The position numbers and the translations under genes were made by a program. The notes beneath the pieces were generated by a model. It was not told the origin of the DNA. It ran no database searches and saw nothing but the letters and a program-made list of their open reading frames with translations. A stretch of DNA of 64,000 nucleotides from contig CAXYCJ010000011.1 in assembly GCA_964275585.1 (NCBI GenBank), forward strand, positions 16,270 through 80,269, given 5' to 3'. Positions 21,601 to 32,797 of this stretch are shown here, one piece after another; within the stretch, counting starts at the first letter, position 1; the number at the start of each line of letters is the position of its first letter. Source of the DNA: an uncultured SAR86 cluster bacterium. GTDB lineage: Bacteria; Pseudomonadota; Gammaproteobacteria; Magnimaribacterales; D2472.

Positions 21601-21900
21601 AGGGAGCTTTTCAAATAAATTTAAACCACTGGTCACAATTATTTTAAAGTGTTCTTTATTAGAATTTAATAACGCAATTCTAGCTTGAATGATTGATTGT
21701 GATGTAGAGAAACGATCGTAAGGAAGTATTTCTCTTTCGGGGTAGTATGAGATTTCAGATTCTAAGAAATATAATTCCAGCTCATGTTTAAGCAATCGGG
21801 CATCTTTATCTGAATTACACAAATATAAAATCTTATGATTCTGCTTTTTAATAGACTGCGCTAACTCAAAAGCTTCAAAATGATCTTGTTGTTCTCTCAT
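18619..21900 (-). CDS. mfd: Transcription-repair coupling factor
   Basis: PYDRFS, RGGVVD, HVDYGVG, CGDVGFGKTE, DEEHRFG, SATPIPRTL, QLRGRVGRS, DLEIRGAG. Confidence 0.96.
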   Translation of the reverse strand: MREQQDHFEAFELAQSIKKQNHKILYLCNSDKDARLLKHELELYFLESEISYYPEREILPYDRFSTSQSIIQARIALLNSNKEHFKIIVTSGLNLFEKLPSKKFFTSRKLFNTGDKLTIKELGENLLALGYERVDKVESINQFTIRGGVVDLYSTFYSTPIRVDFFGDEIDEIRRFDVDSQAMTEKLHSIQLFHGSEIALDDISIKRFKDNWRNYFQKYDERYCELFQSISSGLLPDGYEIYMTLLQDKNSNLIDYFDGFKLMHGPNFKQSMQNYASYVSERYSEEAIDALRPVLKPEDYFFLLDSLNVYLDNANDIKRDQSNGDLDQNLESDEQLKRLITKCKNNEIKTLLVTTSEQTKLDKLNKKYEFKKAEFPFTSTNGMFSCLHKPTRFLVDTKKSYTYFNVDNYLGQDVVFHHKSSPQASLITKFQNPFLDDEFVIHVDYGVGIYKGLTLLKTNTNEEEFIQIEYLDKELLYVPIRQAYLISKYQVSHVENMHLDSLSSTKWRQKKDKAEAKAKDHAAELLDIESRRAISSSYQLICHPDEYKKFISDFPYIPTKDQVSCIDDVLKDISLIKPMNRVICGDVGFGKTEIAMRAAFVCVQAKKQAMILAPSTVLSKQHLESFTKRFINFPVNISLLTRHTAPKARLKLYEDFKTGRIDILIGTHALLNNEIELSNLGLLVIDEEHRFGTKQKEIIKSRQTTTHILYMSATPIPRTLNLVYSGLKDFSYLYTPPLERLSVKTFLNVQNNQIIKNSIDREISRGGQIFIVQNNIGKMENLKNNMQELHPSAKIGIAHGKLNKNEISQTMDSFNNNSIDILICTTIVEMGLDIPNANTIIVLDAQNFGLSQLHQLRGRVGRSLRQSYCYLLIPILDIKKNAKAKLESLVRYSDLGSGYFIAQEDLEIRGAGDFLGIKQSGHIEVIGLSMYLSMLKNAVNDLKGIKTEIALDSEINFNDRALIPTEYMPVANERLKVYRALNDASNETEINLILSDLMDRCGKPSLDVLNLVENSKLRILANNIGIKKIYSNKENALLTFYNSLSDEVYRKLIAMIQTSSNKIKLIDENKLSIDMAAYENKREALSSLLHELS

Positions 21901-21952
21901 GTCGTGAAGTATAATTTTGCCAAAGAATTTACTCAAAAACAGGAACACTAAC

Positions 21953-23122
21953 ATGGATATAAGTTTTTCAGAACAAGATCTGCAATTTCAAGAAGAAATT
22001 AGAGCCGGTATTGCAAGCGACTTCCCCGCGCATGTAAGAGAGAAACAAGAGAAGGGCTCTTCATTGTCAAAATCTGACATCATTGATTTCCACAAATTTA
22101 TCTATGAAAAAGGGTGGATGGCATATAACTGGCCTGTTGAGTACGGCGGTACTGGATGGTCACCTGTTCAAATTTATCTATTCTTAAATGAACTAGCATT
22201 AGCTAAATGTCCAAATATTTTACCATTTGGTTTAAGCATGGTGGGTCCAGTGATTTATACATTTGGCAATCAAGAGCAAAAAGATCGTTTTCTACCTGAT
22301 ATTCTTCAGTTTAATACATGGTGGTGCCAGGGTTATTCAGAGCCAGGCTCCGGCTCAGATTTAGCTTCGCTTAAAACAAAAGCTGTTTTAGATGGAGATC
22401 ATTACGTAGTCAACGGTTCAAAAACCTGGACTACTCTAGCTCAAAATGCTGATTGGATCTTTTGCTTGGTCCGAACTGAAACAACACAAAAAAAACAAGA
22501 AGGTATTTCATTTTTACTGATAGATATGAAAACCCCAGGCATTGAAGTAAAACCTATTATTACCATTGATGGTGATCACGAAGTGAACTCAGTATTCTTT
22601 ACTGATGTAAAAGTACCTGCAGATCAACTGATAGGTGAAGAAGGCAAGGGGTGGACTTATGCAAAATTCCTCCTTGCTCACGAAAGATTTGGAATTGCAG
22701 CTGTTCCAGCAGGTAAAGTGCAATTAAATGAATTAAAAGAAATAACAGCTCAATACAATGATGTAGATTTAAATAAAAAGATTGCTGAGTTAGAAATTGA
22801 TTTAATGGCTCTTGAATTTACCGAGATGAGATCATTAGCTGCTATTGCTGATGGTGGTCACCCTGGTGCCGAATCATCTATCTTAAAAATTCGTGGTACT
22901 GAAATTCAACAAAGACTCACCGAGCTATTTGTAGAAGCGGCAGGTCAGTATATTCTTCCTTACGAGGGCCCTGATGGATTTGACTCCAATATGACGCCGG
23001 CTGGACCAGACTATGCAAGTGCATCCGTTGCTCAATACCTAAACTATAGAAAGACTTCGATCTACGGTGGCAGCAATGAGATTCAGAAAAATATTATAGC
23101 CAAAGCGATACTAGGAGTATAA
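21953..23122 (+). CDS. Acyl-CoA dehydrogenase (PimC-like large subunit)
   Basis: WWCQGYSEPGSGSDLASL, GWTYAKFLLAHER, SIYGGSNEIQKNII. Confidence 0.9.
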   Translation: MDISFSEQDLQFQEEIRAGIASDFPAHVREKQEKGSSLSKSDIIDFHKFIYEKGWMAYNWPVEYGGTGWSPVQIYLFLNELALAKCPNILPFGLSMVGPVIYTFGNQEQKDRFLPDILQFNTWWCQGYSEPGSGSDLASLKTKAVLDGDHYVVNGSKTWTTLAQNADWIFCLVRTETTQKKQEGISFLLIDMKTPGIEVKPIITIDGDHEVNSVFFTDVKVPADQLIGEEGKGWTYAKFLLAHERFGIAAVPAGKVQLNELKEITAQYNDVDLNKKIAELEIDLMALEFTEMRSLAAIADGGHPGAESSILKIRGTEIQQRLTELFVEAAGQYILPYEGPDGFDSNMTPAGPDYASASVAQYLNYRKTSIYGGSNEIQKNIIAKAILGV

Positions 23123-23124
23123 AG

Positions 23125-24232
23125 ATGAACTTACATTATTCTGATGAACAAAATATGCTTAGAGACCAAGTTATTAAGTTTTGTGAATCAAGTTATGACT
23201 TTATTGATCGCGAAAAAATTCTAATTTCTGAAACAGGATACAGCTCAGATCACTGGAAACAATTTGCTGAGCTCGGCTGGCTTGCAATTCCTTTTAAGGA
23301 AGATAACGGTGGTTTTAATTTTGGCCCAATAGAGTTAACTGTTCTATTTGAAGAATTTGGTAAGGCTTTAGTTGTGGAACCTTATCTAAGTTCTGTTGTT
23401 ATGAGCGGAACTATACTTGAGGGTTCAAGCCACCCTGAAAAAGTCTCAATTATCCAGACTATTATTTCCGGTGAACATCAAGTAGCAGTTGCCTATGCCG
23501 AAGCTAATATAGGTTACAACTTCTTAGATTGTGTCACATCCATTACAAATGAATCTGATAGCTTGATTTTGAATGGCTCCAAGTCTCTAGTTTTAAATGC
23601 TGCAAACTCAGATCAATTCATTGTACTGGCAAAGCATAATGATGAAGCTAGTACTAGTAATGCTAGATAAATCAGCCGAAGGCCTATCAACCCAAAGTTT
23701 TAAAACGCTAGATGGCCAGACTTGTGGCGAACTTACATTTGAAAATATTATATTACCCGAAGATTCAATTCTTGCTTCAGGCAAGGATGCCGAAGCATTA
23801 TTTAATAAGATGTTGGATGTATCAATCCTCTGCATTAGCGCTGAGGCTGTTGGAGCAATGACTAGCGCTTATCAAAAAACTGTTCAGTACACCAAAGAAA
23901 GAGAGCAATTTGCACAGCCTATTAGTAACTTTCAAGTTCTTCAACATAGAATGGTTGATATGTTTATTGAAACAGAAATAACTAAGTCATTATTGATTAA
24001 GGCTACATTACAGCTAGACTCTAATGACGCAGAAACCTCTAAAACAATTTCTGCTCTTAAAGTGCAAGTTGGTAAAGCTGGTAAATATATTGGCCAGCAA
24101 GCCGTTCAATTGCATGGTGGCATGGGTGTCAGTAACGAGATGTCTATTGGCCACTATCTAAAGCGTTTCACAGTCATAGATTCGATGTTTGGAAATACAC
24201 AACATCATATTAATAAATACCTTACACTTTAA
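23125..24232 (+). CDS. Acyl-CoA dehydrogenase (PimD-like partner), +1 frameshift near 23645
   Basis: Two overlapping ORFs join into about 368 aa if one base is removed in gatgaagcta; REQFAQPISNFQVLQHRMVDM, QLHGGMG. Confidence 0.85.
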
Positions 24233-24242
24233 TTAAAGACCC

Positions 24243-25739
24243 ATGAGCGACTTAACTAAAAATCCCGACCTTAGATCAAGAGAGAAGGTAGACGATTACT
24301 TCGGAGACTGGAAGTGGAGAGAAGGCTTGTCAGAGCTCATGGTACCCATTGTTGGTCGTTTGTACCGTCACGGTGTTCACATAATGGTTTATGGCCAATC
24401 CCTAGTTAACGCGTCTCCAATTGAGATAATGAAAGCTCATAGATTTGTTCGCCAAATCGAGGGTAATGAGCTTAGTGAGCTAGAAACCTTTCCTTTGCTT
24501 GATAGATTAAGCTCTATGGATTTACCAGATTGTGAAATTGATCTAGGCGAGCTGACTATGCGCTGCCCATTTTTTGATGACCTTCCAGAAAACCCTGACA
24601 CCATAGACCAATACCTCATTGACCAACTAGATCTCACGGGTATTACCTCAAAAAGACCCAGTGAACCCAAAGATATAGTTTTGTATGGTTTTGGTCGCAT
24701 TGGAAGATTATTAGCAAGGATGCTTGTTCAAACTACTGGGCCAGGAAATTACTTTCGTTTACGGGCTGTTGTTGTAAGGAAAGGAAGTGACAATGACTTA
24801 GTTAAGCGAGCAAGTCTACTTAGAAGAGACTCAGTGCATGGAAGGTTCATAGGCACAATTAGAGTTGATTTAGAGAATGAGCTCTTAGTTGTAAACGGCA
24901 ACCCTGTAAAATTTATATATGCGGCTAGTCCCTCCGAAGTTGAATATCAGAAATTTGGAATAAACAATCCGATTGTCATAGATAATACTGGTATCTGGAG
25001 AGATGAACAGACTCTCTCCAAGCATATTGATTGCGGAGCTTCCAATGTAATTTTAACTGCGCCTGCTAAGGGTGATATACGAAATATTGTTTTTGGGGTC
25101 AACGATGAGGCATTAACCCAATCAGATAGAATTATTTCAGCTGCTTCATGCACAACCAATGCAATAGTTCCTGTATTGAAAATAATCAGTGATAATTTTG
25201 GAATTGAGAACGGTCACATTGAAACAGTCCATTCATATACAAATGACCAAAACCTCATTGATAATTATCATACTGGAGATAGGAGAGGTCGAAGCGCTCC
25301 TCTGAATATGGTCATTACATCAACAGGAGCAGTTAAAGCTGTTGCAAAAGCTATTCCTGAGTTAAAAGATAAGTTAACTGGTAATGCAATCAGAGTGCCC
25401 ACCCCCAATGTCAGTCTTGCAGTTCTGGTTTTAAATTTACAAAATAAAGTTAATAAAGATGGCTTAAATCAATTTTTGAAAACTTCAGCTTTTACTAGCA
25501 AATATAGAGAAATTATTGGATACACAAACTCGCCCGAAGCAGTTTCAACTGATTTCTACTCTAGTCCTTTTGCAACAATTATTGATTCCCAAGCAACCAT
25601 TGCTGAAGGCAATCAAGTGACTCTATATTGTTGGTATGACAATGAGTATGGCTATTCTAAACAAGTTCTAAATTTGACTAAAAAAGTGGCTTCTATACAG
25701 CTCCCAAGATTTCCATTAGCAATTGATGATTCAGTATAG
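24243..25739 (+). CDS. gap: Glyceraldehyde-3-phosphate dehydrogenase, long form with N-terminal extension
   Basis: GFGRIGR, SAASCTTN, WYDNEYGY. Confidence 0.93.
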   Translation: MSDLTKNPDLRSREKVDDYFGDWKWREGLSELMVPIVGRLYRHGVHIMVYGQSLVNASPIEIMKAHRFVRQIEGNELSELETFPLLDRLSSMDLPDCEIDLGELTMRCPFFDDLPENPDTIDQYLIDQLDLTGITSKRPSEPKDIVLYGFGRIGRLLARMLVQTTGPGNYFRLRAVVVRKGSDNDLVKRASLLRRDSVHGRFIGTIRVDLENELLVVNGNPVKFIYAASPSEVEYQKFGINNPIVIDNTGIWRDEQTLSKHIDCGASNVILTAPAKGDIRNIVFGVNDEALTQSDRIISAASCTTNAIVPVLKIISDNFGIENGHIETVHSYTNDQNLIDNYHTGDRRGRSAPLNMVITSTGAVKAVAKAIPELKDKLTGNAIRVPTPNVSLAVLVLNLQNKVNKDGLNQFLKTSAFTSKYREIIGYTNSPEAVSTDFYSSPFATIIDSQATIAEGNQVTLYCWYDNEYGYSKQVLNLTKKVASIQLPRFPLAIDDSV

Positions 25740-25792
25740 AAACGACTGATCTTTACCTTTATAATTCACACATCTTTTACTGAAGGGTAGGC

Positions 25793-27112
25793 GTGATTAA
25801 AACCAAACAAGGACTTGATTTACCAATCTCCGGAGCTCCTAGCTCGGACATCGACTCCTCAACTACAATTAACACAATTGCTTTATTAGGCCCGGATTAT
25901 GTGGGGCTTAAACCAACCATGCTGGTTAAAGAAGGAGATACTGTTGCAAGCGGTCAAAAACTCTTTGAAGATAAAAAAAATCCAGGTATTTTTATCACAG
26001 CACCATCCTCTGGAACTGTTCAGTCAATTAACCGAGGTGAAAAGAGGCGCTTTCTATCCTTAATTATTGAAGTAGATGACTCAATAGATTCGCAAACATT
26101 CAGTCCTTCTGATTACGACTCTCCTTTGAGTTTTTTAGCAGATTCAGGCTCACTTTCTTATTTTAAAACTCGTCCATACAATAGAATTCCAGGCATCAAT
26201 GATTTACCAGACGCAATTTTCGTCAATGCATGTGATACCAATCCTTTGGCTATTGACCCTCATAGCTTGATTCAAAAAGAACAAGAATTATTTAATACAG
26301 GCTTGAGCTTCATCTCTTCAATCAGCCCTAATTCAAAAACCTTCTGTGCTTTCCAGAATAGCGATTTTGATCAGTCAGTTTCAGGCATCAGCTACAATCA
26401 ATTTAATGGCCCGCATCCATCTGGTTTGGTTGGAACGCACATTCATTTTCTATACCCAGTTGGTCAAAATAGGACTGTTTGGACTATTTCTTGGCAAGAG
26501 GTTATTTCTATAGGCTATCTTATTAAAAATAATAAATTACGATCTAACAAATTTGTTGCTCTAGGTGGTCCGAATGTTCATGAGCCCAAAGTATTAAATG
26601 TTCGATATGGATCTAATATCTCAGAATTGACAGCTGGGACTATTAAAGAACCCTCAAGAAAAATATCTGGCTCAATATTAAATGGAAGAACAGCAGAAAG
26701 TGTTATGAACTATTTAGGTGCATACGACAATCAAGTGTCTGTGGTACCCGATGAAGTAAATGACATTCTTTTTAACTGGGCCATGCCAGGATTAAAGCTT
26801 CATTCGAAACTTCCTGCTTTCATATCTTCTTGGTTCAAACCTAAAAAATTTATTTTTAATGTTTCCATGAATGGCGGCGATAGGGCCATTGTTCCGATTC
26901 CTTCATATCAACAAGTCATGCCTTTAAATATATTGACAACCCAACTTCTAAAGAGTCTTGTTACTTTTGATATTGAGCTCGCTGAGAAACTTGGAGCTTT
27001 AGAGTTGGCACCCGAGGACCTAGGCTTAGTGAGTTATGTTTGCCCTAGTAAATATGACTATCAATCAATCCTGGATAACAATCTTGAGAAAATGTTCGAG
27101 GAATTTAAATGA
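25793..27112 (+). CDS. nqrA: Na+-translocating NADH:quinone reductase subunit A
   Basis: KQGLDLPISGAP, DYVGLKPTMLVKEGD, GPHPSG, VCPSKYDY. Confidence 0.95.
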   Translation: MIKTKQGLDLPISGAPSSDIDSSTTINTIALLGPDYVGLKPTMLVKEGDTVASGQKLFEDKKNPGIFITAPSSGTVQSINRGEKRRFLSLIIEVDDSIDSQTFSPSDYDSPLSFLADSGSLSYFKTRPYNRIPGINDLPDAIFVNACDTNPLAIDPHSLIQKEQELFNTGLSFISSISPNSKTFCAFQNSDFDQSVSGISYNQFNGPHPSGLVGTHIHFLYPVGQNRTVWTISWQEVISIGYLIKNNKLRSNKFVALGGPNVHEPKVLNVRYGSNISELTAGTIKEPSRKISGSILNGRTAESVMNYLGAYDNQVSVVPDEVNDILFNWAMPGLKLHSKLPAFISSWFKPKKFIFNVSMNGGDRAIVPIPSYQQVMPLNILTTQLLKSLVTFDIELAEKLGALELAPEDLGLVSYVCPSKYDYQSILDNNLEKMFEEFK

Positions 27113-28344
27113 AAACTTGGCTTCGATCTATTAATAATAAGATCAAACCTAACTTTATGCCAGGTGGCTCAAAGGTAAAATGGTTTCCTGTTTACGATGC
27201 TATAGAAAATTTTATATTTTCTTCTACCAACAAAACTACAAACCCTATTCATGTTAGAGATGCCATTGATATCCAACGAATTATGGTAACCGTTTGGTTG
27301 GCTGCCTTCCCAGCTATGTTTTTTGGAATGTATAACATTGGCAATCAAACTCTAGAGTATTTGAGTTGGATTGGTAGCACCAATTCGAATGATTGGCATC
27401 ACATTATTATTAATTTAGTTGGTTACTCTCAAGACAGTTTTATTAGCAAGATGTGGATTGGGGCTGTTTATTTTATCCCTATTTACGCAGTGACTTTTGC
27501 TGTAGGGTTACTTTGGGAAATCTTATTTGCAGTAGTTCGAAAGCATGAAATCAATGAAGGTTTATTTGTATCATCAATTCTCTTCGCGCTTACTTGTCCT
27601 CCTGATTTACCTTTATGGCAAGCAGCCATGGGTATTACATTTGGAATAGTTATTGGTAAAGAAGTATTTGGCGGCACAGGAAAAAATTTCCTTAATCCTG
27701 CATTGACTGGTAGAGCCTTTCTTTATTTTGCTTATCCATCTCAGCTCTCAGGAGATAAGGTCTGGATAGCTGGACTTTCAGATAATGGTATTACACCAGA
27801 AGGTTTCAGTGGAGCAACGCCACTGGGATATGCTGCAGAAGATGGATTAACTGGATTAACTGATAATTTCTTATGGTTTGATGCATTCTTAGGTCATATT
27901 CCTGGATCTGTCGGAGAAACATCAATAATTGCAATTGGTATAGCAGCCGTCATTCTTTTGGTTACTAAGGTTGCTTCGTATAGAATAATACTGGGCACAA
28001 TTTTTGGCATGATGGTAATGAGCTCCATTCTTAATATTATTGGTTCTGATACGAATCCAATGTTCCAAGTTCCTTGGTATTGGCATTTTGTCATTGGTAG
28101 TTTTGCTTTTGGCTTAGTTTTCATGGCTACTGAGCCAGTTTCAGGTTCGGGTACAGATGCCGGTCGCTGGATTTATGGTGGCTTGATTGGAGTCACGGTT
28201 GTTTTAATTAGAGTTGTTAATCCAGCCTTTCCCGAGGGGATGATGCTTGCTATCTTATTTGCTAATCTTTTTGCTCCAGTGATTGACCATGTGGTTGTTT
28301 CTCGCAATATTGCAAAACGTAAAAGGGCTCTTTCATATGAATGA
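27109..28344 (+). CDS. nqrB: Na+-NQR subunit B
   Basis: HVRDAID, KEVFGGTGKNFLNPAL, SGATPL FMN site. Confidence 0.96.
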   Translation: MKTWLRSINNKIKPNFMPGGSKVKWFPVYDAIENFIFSSTNKTTNPIHVRDAIDIQRIMVTVWLAAFPAMFFGMYNIGNQTLEYLSWIGSTNSNDWHHIIINLVGYSQDSFISKMWIGAVYFIPIYAVTFAVGLLWEILFAVVRKHEINEGLFVSSILFALTCPPDLPLWQAAMGITFGIVIGKEVFGGTGKNFLNPALTGRAFLYFAYPSQLSGDKVWIAGLSDNGITPEGFSGATPLGYAAEDGLTGLTDNFLWFDAFLGHIPGSVGETSIIAIGIAAVILLVTKVASYRIILGTIFGMMVMSSILNIIGSDTNPMFQVPWYWHFVIGSFAFGLVFMATEPVSGSGTDAGRWIYGGLIGVTVVLIRVVNPAFPEGMMLAILFANLFAPVIDHVVVSRNIAKRKRALSYE

Positions 28345-29110
28345 TTCGATACTAAAAACATTAACGGTGTCTTTTGCTGTTTGCCTATTCTGCTCGTTAA
28401 TAGTTTCTTTCGCTGCTGTGAGCTTAAGAGATGCTCAAAATCTCAATAAATTGAATGATCAAAAAATGAAGATTTTAAAGACAGCGGCTATTTATGACCC
28501 GACTGAATTGATAGAAAATCAATTTACTCGATTAACTCCCAAATTTGTGGATTTCAGTAACGGTCTTTTATTAGATGAGTTTGATGGCTTGGATTTGGAA
28601 ACTTATGACCCTGTATATTTTTCAAAACAAGCTGGCTTCTCTACTCCCATTCCTGCAGATCTGGATATTGCAGTTGTTAAAAATAAGGAAAAGCTAGGAA
28701 AGATATACCTACTTAAGGACGAAAATAACGAACTTGAAAAGATTATTTTACCTATTCGAGGTTATGGTCTCTGGGGAACGTTATTTGGGTACATTGCAAT
28801 TGATAAAGATTTAAACACTATTAGAGGGCTTGAGTTCTACGAGCACAAAGAAACTCCAGGCCTGGGTGGTGAGGTGGATAATCCTAAATGGAAAGCTCTA
28901 TGGAATGGAAAAAAGATATACAAAGACGGAGAAATTAAAATTACTGTTATCAAGGGTAAAGTTGATCTATCAAATAAAATGTCTGATTACCAGGTCGATG
29001 GTCTTTCAGGGGCAACTCTAACCAGTCGCGGTGTTACTAACATGCTGGCCTTCTGGTTTAGTGAGAGCGGTTACCGCGAAATTCTAACTAAAATAAATTA
29101 TGACAGTTAA
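28337..29110 (+). CDS. nqrC: Na+-NQR subunit C
   Basis: [31 protein letters not shown]; start moved to ATG 28337. Confidence 0.95.
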   Translation: MNDSILKTLTVSFAVCLFCSLIVSFAAVSLRDAQNLNKLNDQKMKILKTAAIYDPTELIENQFTRLTPKFVDFSNGLLLDEFDGLDLETYDPVYFSKQAGFSTPIPADLDIAVVKNKEKLGKIYLLKDENNELEKIILPIRGYGLWGTLFGYIAIDKDLNTIRGLEFYEHKETPGLGGEVDNPKWKALWNGKKIYKDGEIKITVIKGKVDLSNKMSDYQVDGLSGATLTSRGVTNMLAFWFSESGYREILTKINYDS

Positions 29111-29786
29111 ACGATACAAAGAAGTTCTAATCAAGCCTCTAATTGAAGAAAACCCTATTACATTACAAATACTGGGTATTTGTTCAGCTCTAGCAGTAAC
29201 CAGTAACTTATCGGTAACTCTGGTTATGTGTGTTGCTCTTACAAGTGTTGTTTCTTTCTCAAATCTTTTTATTTCCGTTATTAGAAACTATATTCCTAGT
29301 AGCGTTAGAATTATCGTGCAAATGACCATCATCGCCTCTTTGGTAATAGTGGTTGATGAGTTGCTAAAAGCTTATGACTACGAAACAAGCAAAAAGCTGA
29401 CAGTTTTTGTGGGCTTAATTATTACAAATTGTATTGTGATGGGTAGGGCAGAAGCATTTGCAATGAAAGAAAAACCTTTTATTAGCTTTATTGATGGCCT
29501 TGGTAATGGTTTAGGCTACAGCGTCATCTTAATTGCTGTCGCTGTAGTTAGGGAGCTTTTTGGAACTGGCACCCTAATGGGTTATGAAATTCTTCCATTA
29601 GTTTCGAACGGTGGCTGGTATCCTGCCAACAACCTTTTATTACTCCCCCCAAGCTCCTTTATCTTAATCGGTTTAATGATCTGGGGCATTAGAAGTTATA
29701 AGAGCGATCAAGTTGAGGTTAATGAATTTAAATTATCTCAGCACGCTACAGCACCAGATTTAACTAAGAGGGAATTAAATGCTTGA
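29100..29786 (+). CDS. nqrD: Na+-NQR subunit D
   Basis: [27 protein letters not shown]. Confidence 0.96.
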   Translation: MTVKRYKEVLIKPLIEENPITLQILGICSALAVTSNLSVTLVMCVALTSVVSFSNLFISVIRNYIPSSVRIIVQMTIIASLVIVVDELLKAYDYETSKKLTVFVGLIITNCIVMGRAEAFAMKEKPFISFIDGLGNGLGYSVILIAVAVVRELFGTGTLMGYEILPLVSNGGWYPANNLLLLPPSSFILIGLMIWGIRSYKSDQVEVNEFKLSQHATAPDLTKRELNA

Positions 29787-30390
29787 ACATTATCTAAGTA
29801 TTTTTATTACAACTGTATTTATTGAGAATATAGCTTTATCTGTTTTCTTGGGCATGTGTACTTTTATCGCAATATCTAAAAAGATTGATGCTGCGTTTGG
29901 CTTAGGTGTAGCCGTAATAGTAGTTTGTCTAATTACTGTTCCTTTAAATAACTTTATTTACAATGCAATATTAAAAGATGGCGCTTTGGCGTGGGCTGGA
30001 ATGCCTGATGTCAATCTGCAATTTGTTGGATTAATAAGTTACATAGGTGTAATAGCAGCAGCAGTGCAGATCTTAGAAATGTTTCTTGATAGGTTTGTAC
30101 CGGCTTTGTACAATACTCTCGGTGTTTTTCTACCTCTCATAACAGTAAACTGTGCCATTCTTGGCGCAACCTTATTCATGGTTGAGAAAGATTTAAAATT
30201 TGGTGAAAGTGTTGTCTATGGTCTTGGCGCCGGTGTTGGCTGGGCAATGGCCATTGTTGTATTGGCTGGAATTAGAGAGAAGTTAAAATACTCAGATATT
30301 CCAGACGGTCTTCAGGGCCTAGGTGTGACCTTTCTTATTGTTGGTTTGATGAGTTTTGGATTTATGTCTTTTGGTGGAATTTCTCTTTAA
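29779..30390 (+). CDS. nqrE: Na+-NQR subunit E
   Basis: [22 protein letters not shown]. Confidence 0.96.
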   Translation: MLEHYLSIFITTVFIENIALSVFLGMCTFIAISKKIDAAFGLGVAVIVVCLITVPLNNFIYNAILKDGALAWAGMPDVNLQFVGLISYIGVIAAAVQILEMFLDRFVPALYNTLGVFLPLITVNCAILGATLFMVEKDLKFGESVVYGLGAGVGWAMAIVVLAGIREKLKYSDIPDGLQGLGVTFLIVGLMSFGFMSFGGISL

Positions 30391-30401
30391 GGAGGTTTTT
30401 T

Positions 30402-31634
30402 ATGGAAATAGATTTATTTTTAGGTGTTTTCTCTTTTACTGGAATCGTTTTATTGTTGGTTGCAATTATTATTATGGCAAGAAGCCAGCTGGTAAGTTCT
30501 GGTGAGGTCTCTATTGAAATCAATGGAGATAGTGCGAATGCAATTAAGGTGCCTTCTGGAAGTAAACTACTCCAAACTCTTGCTGAAAATAAAATATTTC
30601 TATCATCAGCCTGCGGCGGTGGAGGAACGTGCAGTCAATGTAAATGCCAGATATCTGAAGGCGGTGGCTCAATTCTTCCTACCGAAGAGTCACATTTTAA
30701 TTCGAGGGAAAAGAAAGATGGCTGGAGGCTTTCTTGTCAGGTTTCTGTTAAAAATGATTTAAAGATTACCATTCCAGAAGAAGTATTCGGAGTTAAGGAA
30801 TGGGAATGTGAAGTTGTTTCTAACGATAATGTGGCTACTTTCATTAAGGAGTTGATATTAAAACTTCCTGATGGTGAGGAAGTGAACTTTAAAGCAGGTG
30901 GTTATGTTCAGCTGGAAGCTCCTGCCTATGAAAATTTGAACTATACATCATTTGATGTTGGCGATGAGTACAGAGAAGACTGGGATAAATTTAAGATTTG
31001 GGACAATGTGGCAAATAATCAGGAATCTATTATTCGAGCATACTCAATGGCTAATTACCCTGATGAAAAAGGTATCTTGAAATTTAATATAAGAGTTGCA
31101 TCTCCGCCTCCAGGTTCTTCTGATGTTCCTCCGGGACTGATGTCTTCATGGACCTTTAATCTTAAGCCAGGTGATAAAGTAAGAGTATTTGGACCTTTTG
31201 GAGAATTCTTTGCTAAAGAAACAAAATCTGAAATGGTGTTTGTGGGCGGGGGAGCCGGCATGGCACCTATGAGAGCTCATATTTTTGATCAATTACTAAG
31301 AATACATGCTGATAGAAAAATAACATTCTGGTATGGAGCTAGAAGTCTTAAAGAGATGTTCTATGTTGAGGAATTTAATAAACTTGCAGCCGATAATGAG
31401 AATTTCAACTGGCATGTCGCACTTTCAGACCCTCAACCTGAAGACGACTGGAATGGTCTTACAGGATTTATTCACCAAGTTTTATTTGATAAATATCTTG
31501 GGTCTCATGAGGCACCCGAGGACTGTGAATTCTACATGTGTGGCCCACCAATGATGAACAAGGCTGTCACAGATATGTTAATTAATCTTGGTGTTGAGCC
31601 TGAAAATATTATGCTTGATGACTTTGGTGGTTAA
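30402..31634 (+). CDS. nqrF: Na+-NQR subunit F
   Basis: [12 protein letters not shown] 2Fe-2[29 protein letters not shown]. Confidence 0.97.
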   Translation: MEIDLFLGVFSFTGIVLLLVAIIIMARSQLVSSGEVSIEINGDSANAIKVPSGSKLLQTLAENKIFLSSACGGGGTCSQCKCQISEGGGSILPTEESHFNSREKKDGWRLSCQVSVKNDLKITIPEEVFGVKEWECEVVSNDNVATFIKELILKLPDGEEVNFKAGGYVQLEAPAYENLNYTSFDVGDEYREDWDKFKIWDNVANNQESIIRAYSMANYPDEKGILKFNIRVASPPPGSSDVPPGLMSSWTFNLKPGDKVRVFGPFGEFFAKETKSEMVFVGGGAGMAPMRAHIFDQLLRIHADRKITFWYGARSLKEMFYVEEFNKLAADNENFNWHVALSDPQPEDDWNGLTGFIHQVLFDKYLGSHEAPEDCEFYMCGPPMMNKAVTDMLINLGVEPENIMLDDFGG

Positions 31635-31643
31635 CTTAGCTTA

Positions 31644-32621
31644 TTGAATCGATTAATTGCATCTAAAATACTTGCCATCTCGGTTGGTCTTTTTTGTATA
31701 TTCCTTGCTTATGAGCACAATAAATCTTCTACCTACGAGATTGGTGGAAGGATTTATGGTACATACTGGAAACTTGTTTCAACAAACTATATTTCTGACA
31801 TCACGAAAAAATCTATTACCGATGAACTGAATAGAATAGATTTGATTGCCTCAAATTATAAAATCGAATCTGAGCTCTCCCGTGTCAATGCTGCTCCTGT
31901 AAATACAAAAATTAAGATTTCCAGAGATCTTCATACCTTGTTATCCCTTGCAGAAGATCTCAATAAGATTAGCGAAGGAGCTTATGATGTCACCTTAGGA
32001 TCTATTGTTATTAAGGGTGGCTTTGGCCCAGACATTACACACGAAACCTATGATCCTAAGTCTTACGATAGGTTTTCAATCTCAGGTGATATGTACCTTG
32101 AGAAATATAATCAATTTCTCTTTGATCTTTCCTCCATTGCTAAAGGTTATGCTGTTGATAGCATTCATAATCTACTTATTGATATTAATAAGCCTAATTT
32201 TCTATTTGATGTTGGTGGAGAATTAATTGTTAACGGTTCTAAACATGGCGACCCTTGGGTTGTTGGTATTCAAGATCCAACTGAATACAACAATCAAACA
32301 ATTAAAAATATTTTAAGTGTCAATTTTTTAGCAATTGCCACATCTGGAGAGTACAGAAATTACCTTATAGACGACACTGGGGTTAAAACAAGTCATACCT
32401 TTGATCCATTCACCTCAGAATCAATTAAAAATAATGTCTTATCCGTTACTGTGACATCAAACCAATCTGCAATGTTGGCTGATGCATGGGCAACTTTACT
32501 TAATGTCATAGGTGTAGAAAAAGGACTTCAACTTGCAGAAAAACATCAAATCTCCGTTTTGTATATAATTAATGAAAATAACGAAGTTAGATTTTTAAAA
32601 TCTAGTTACTGGAATCATTAA
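31644..32621 (+). CDS. apbE: FAD:protein FMN transferase
   Basis: DLSSIAKGYAVD, DVGGEL, ATSGEYRNY, ADAWAT; follows nqrF. Confidence 0.93.
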   Translation: MNRLIASKILAISVGLFCIFLAYEHNKSSTYEIGGRIYGTYWKLVSTNYISDITKKSITDELNRIDLIASNYKIESELSRVNAAPVNTKIKISRDLHTLLSLAEDLNKISEGAYDVTLGSIVIKGGFGPDITHETYDPKSYDRFSISGDMYLEKYNQFLFDLSSIAKGYAVDSIHNLLIDINKPNFLFDVGGELIVNGSKHGDPWVVGIQDPTEYNNQTIKNILSVNFLAIATSGEYRNYLIDDTGVKTSHTFDPFTSESIKNNVLSVTVTSNQSAMLADAWATLLNVIGVEKGLQLAEKHQISVLYIINENNEVRFLKSSYWNH

Positions 32622-32797
32622 TGTTCGAATTTTTCTTAGTATTTTCTGTAATCGCAATTTCATTTTGTGCAATTGCTGTTGGGGTTCTCGCCAAAGATAA
32701 GCCCATCTCTGGAAGTTGTGGGGGACTTGCAAATCTTGAAAAAGGTTCATCCTGTAACATTTGTGGACGAACCTCTTCAGAGGGATGCGATACCTAG
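32621..32797 (+). CDS. nqrM: Na+-NQR maturation protein NqrM (58 aa)
   Basis: Not in ORF track; TAATG overlap with apbE; TM followed by ISGSCGGL...CNICG...C. Confidence 0.88.
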   Translation: MFEFFLVFSVIAISFCAIAVGVLAKDKPISGSCGGLANLEKGSSCNICGRTSSEGCDT

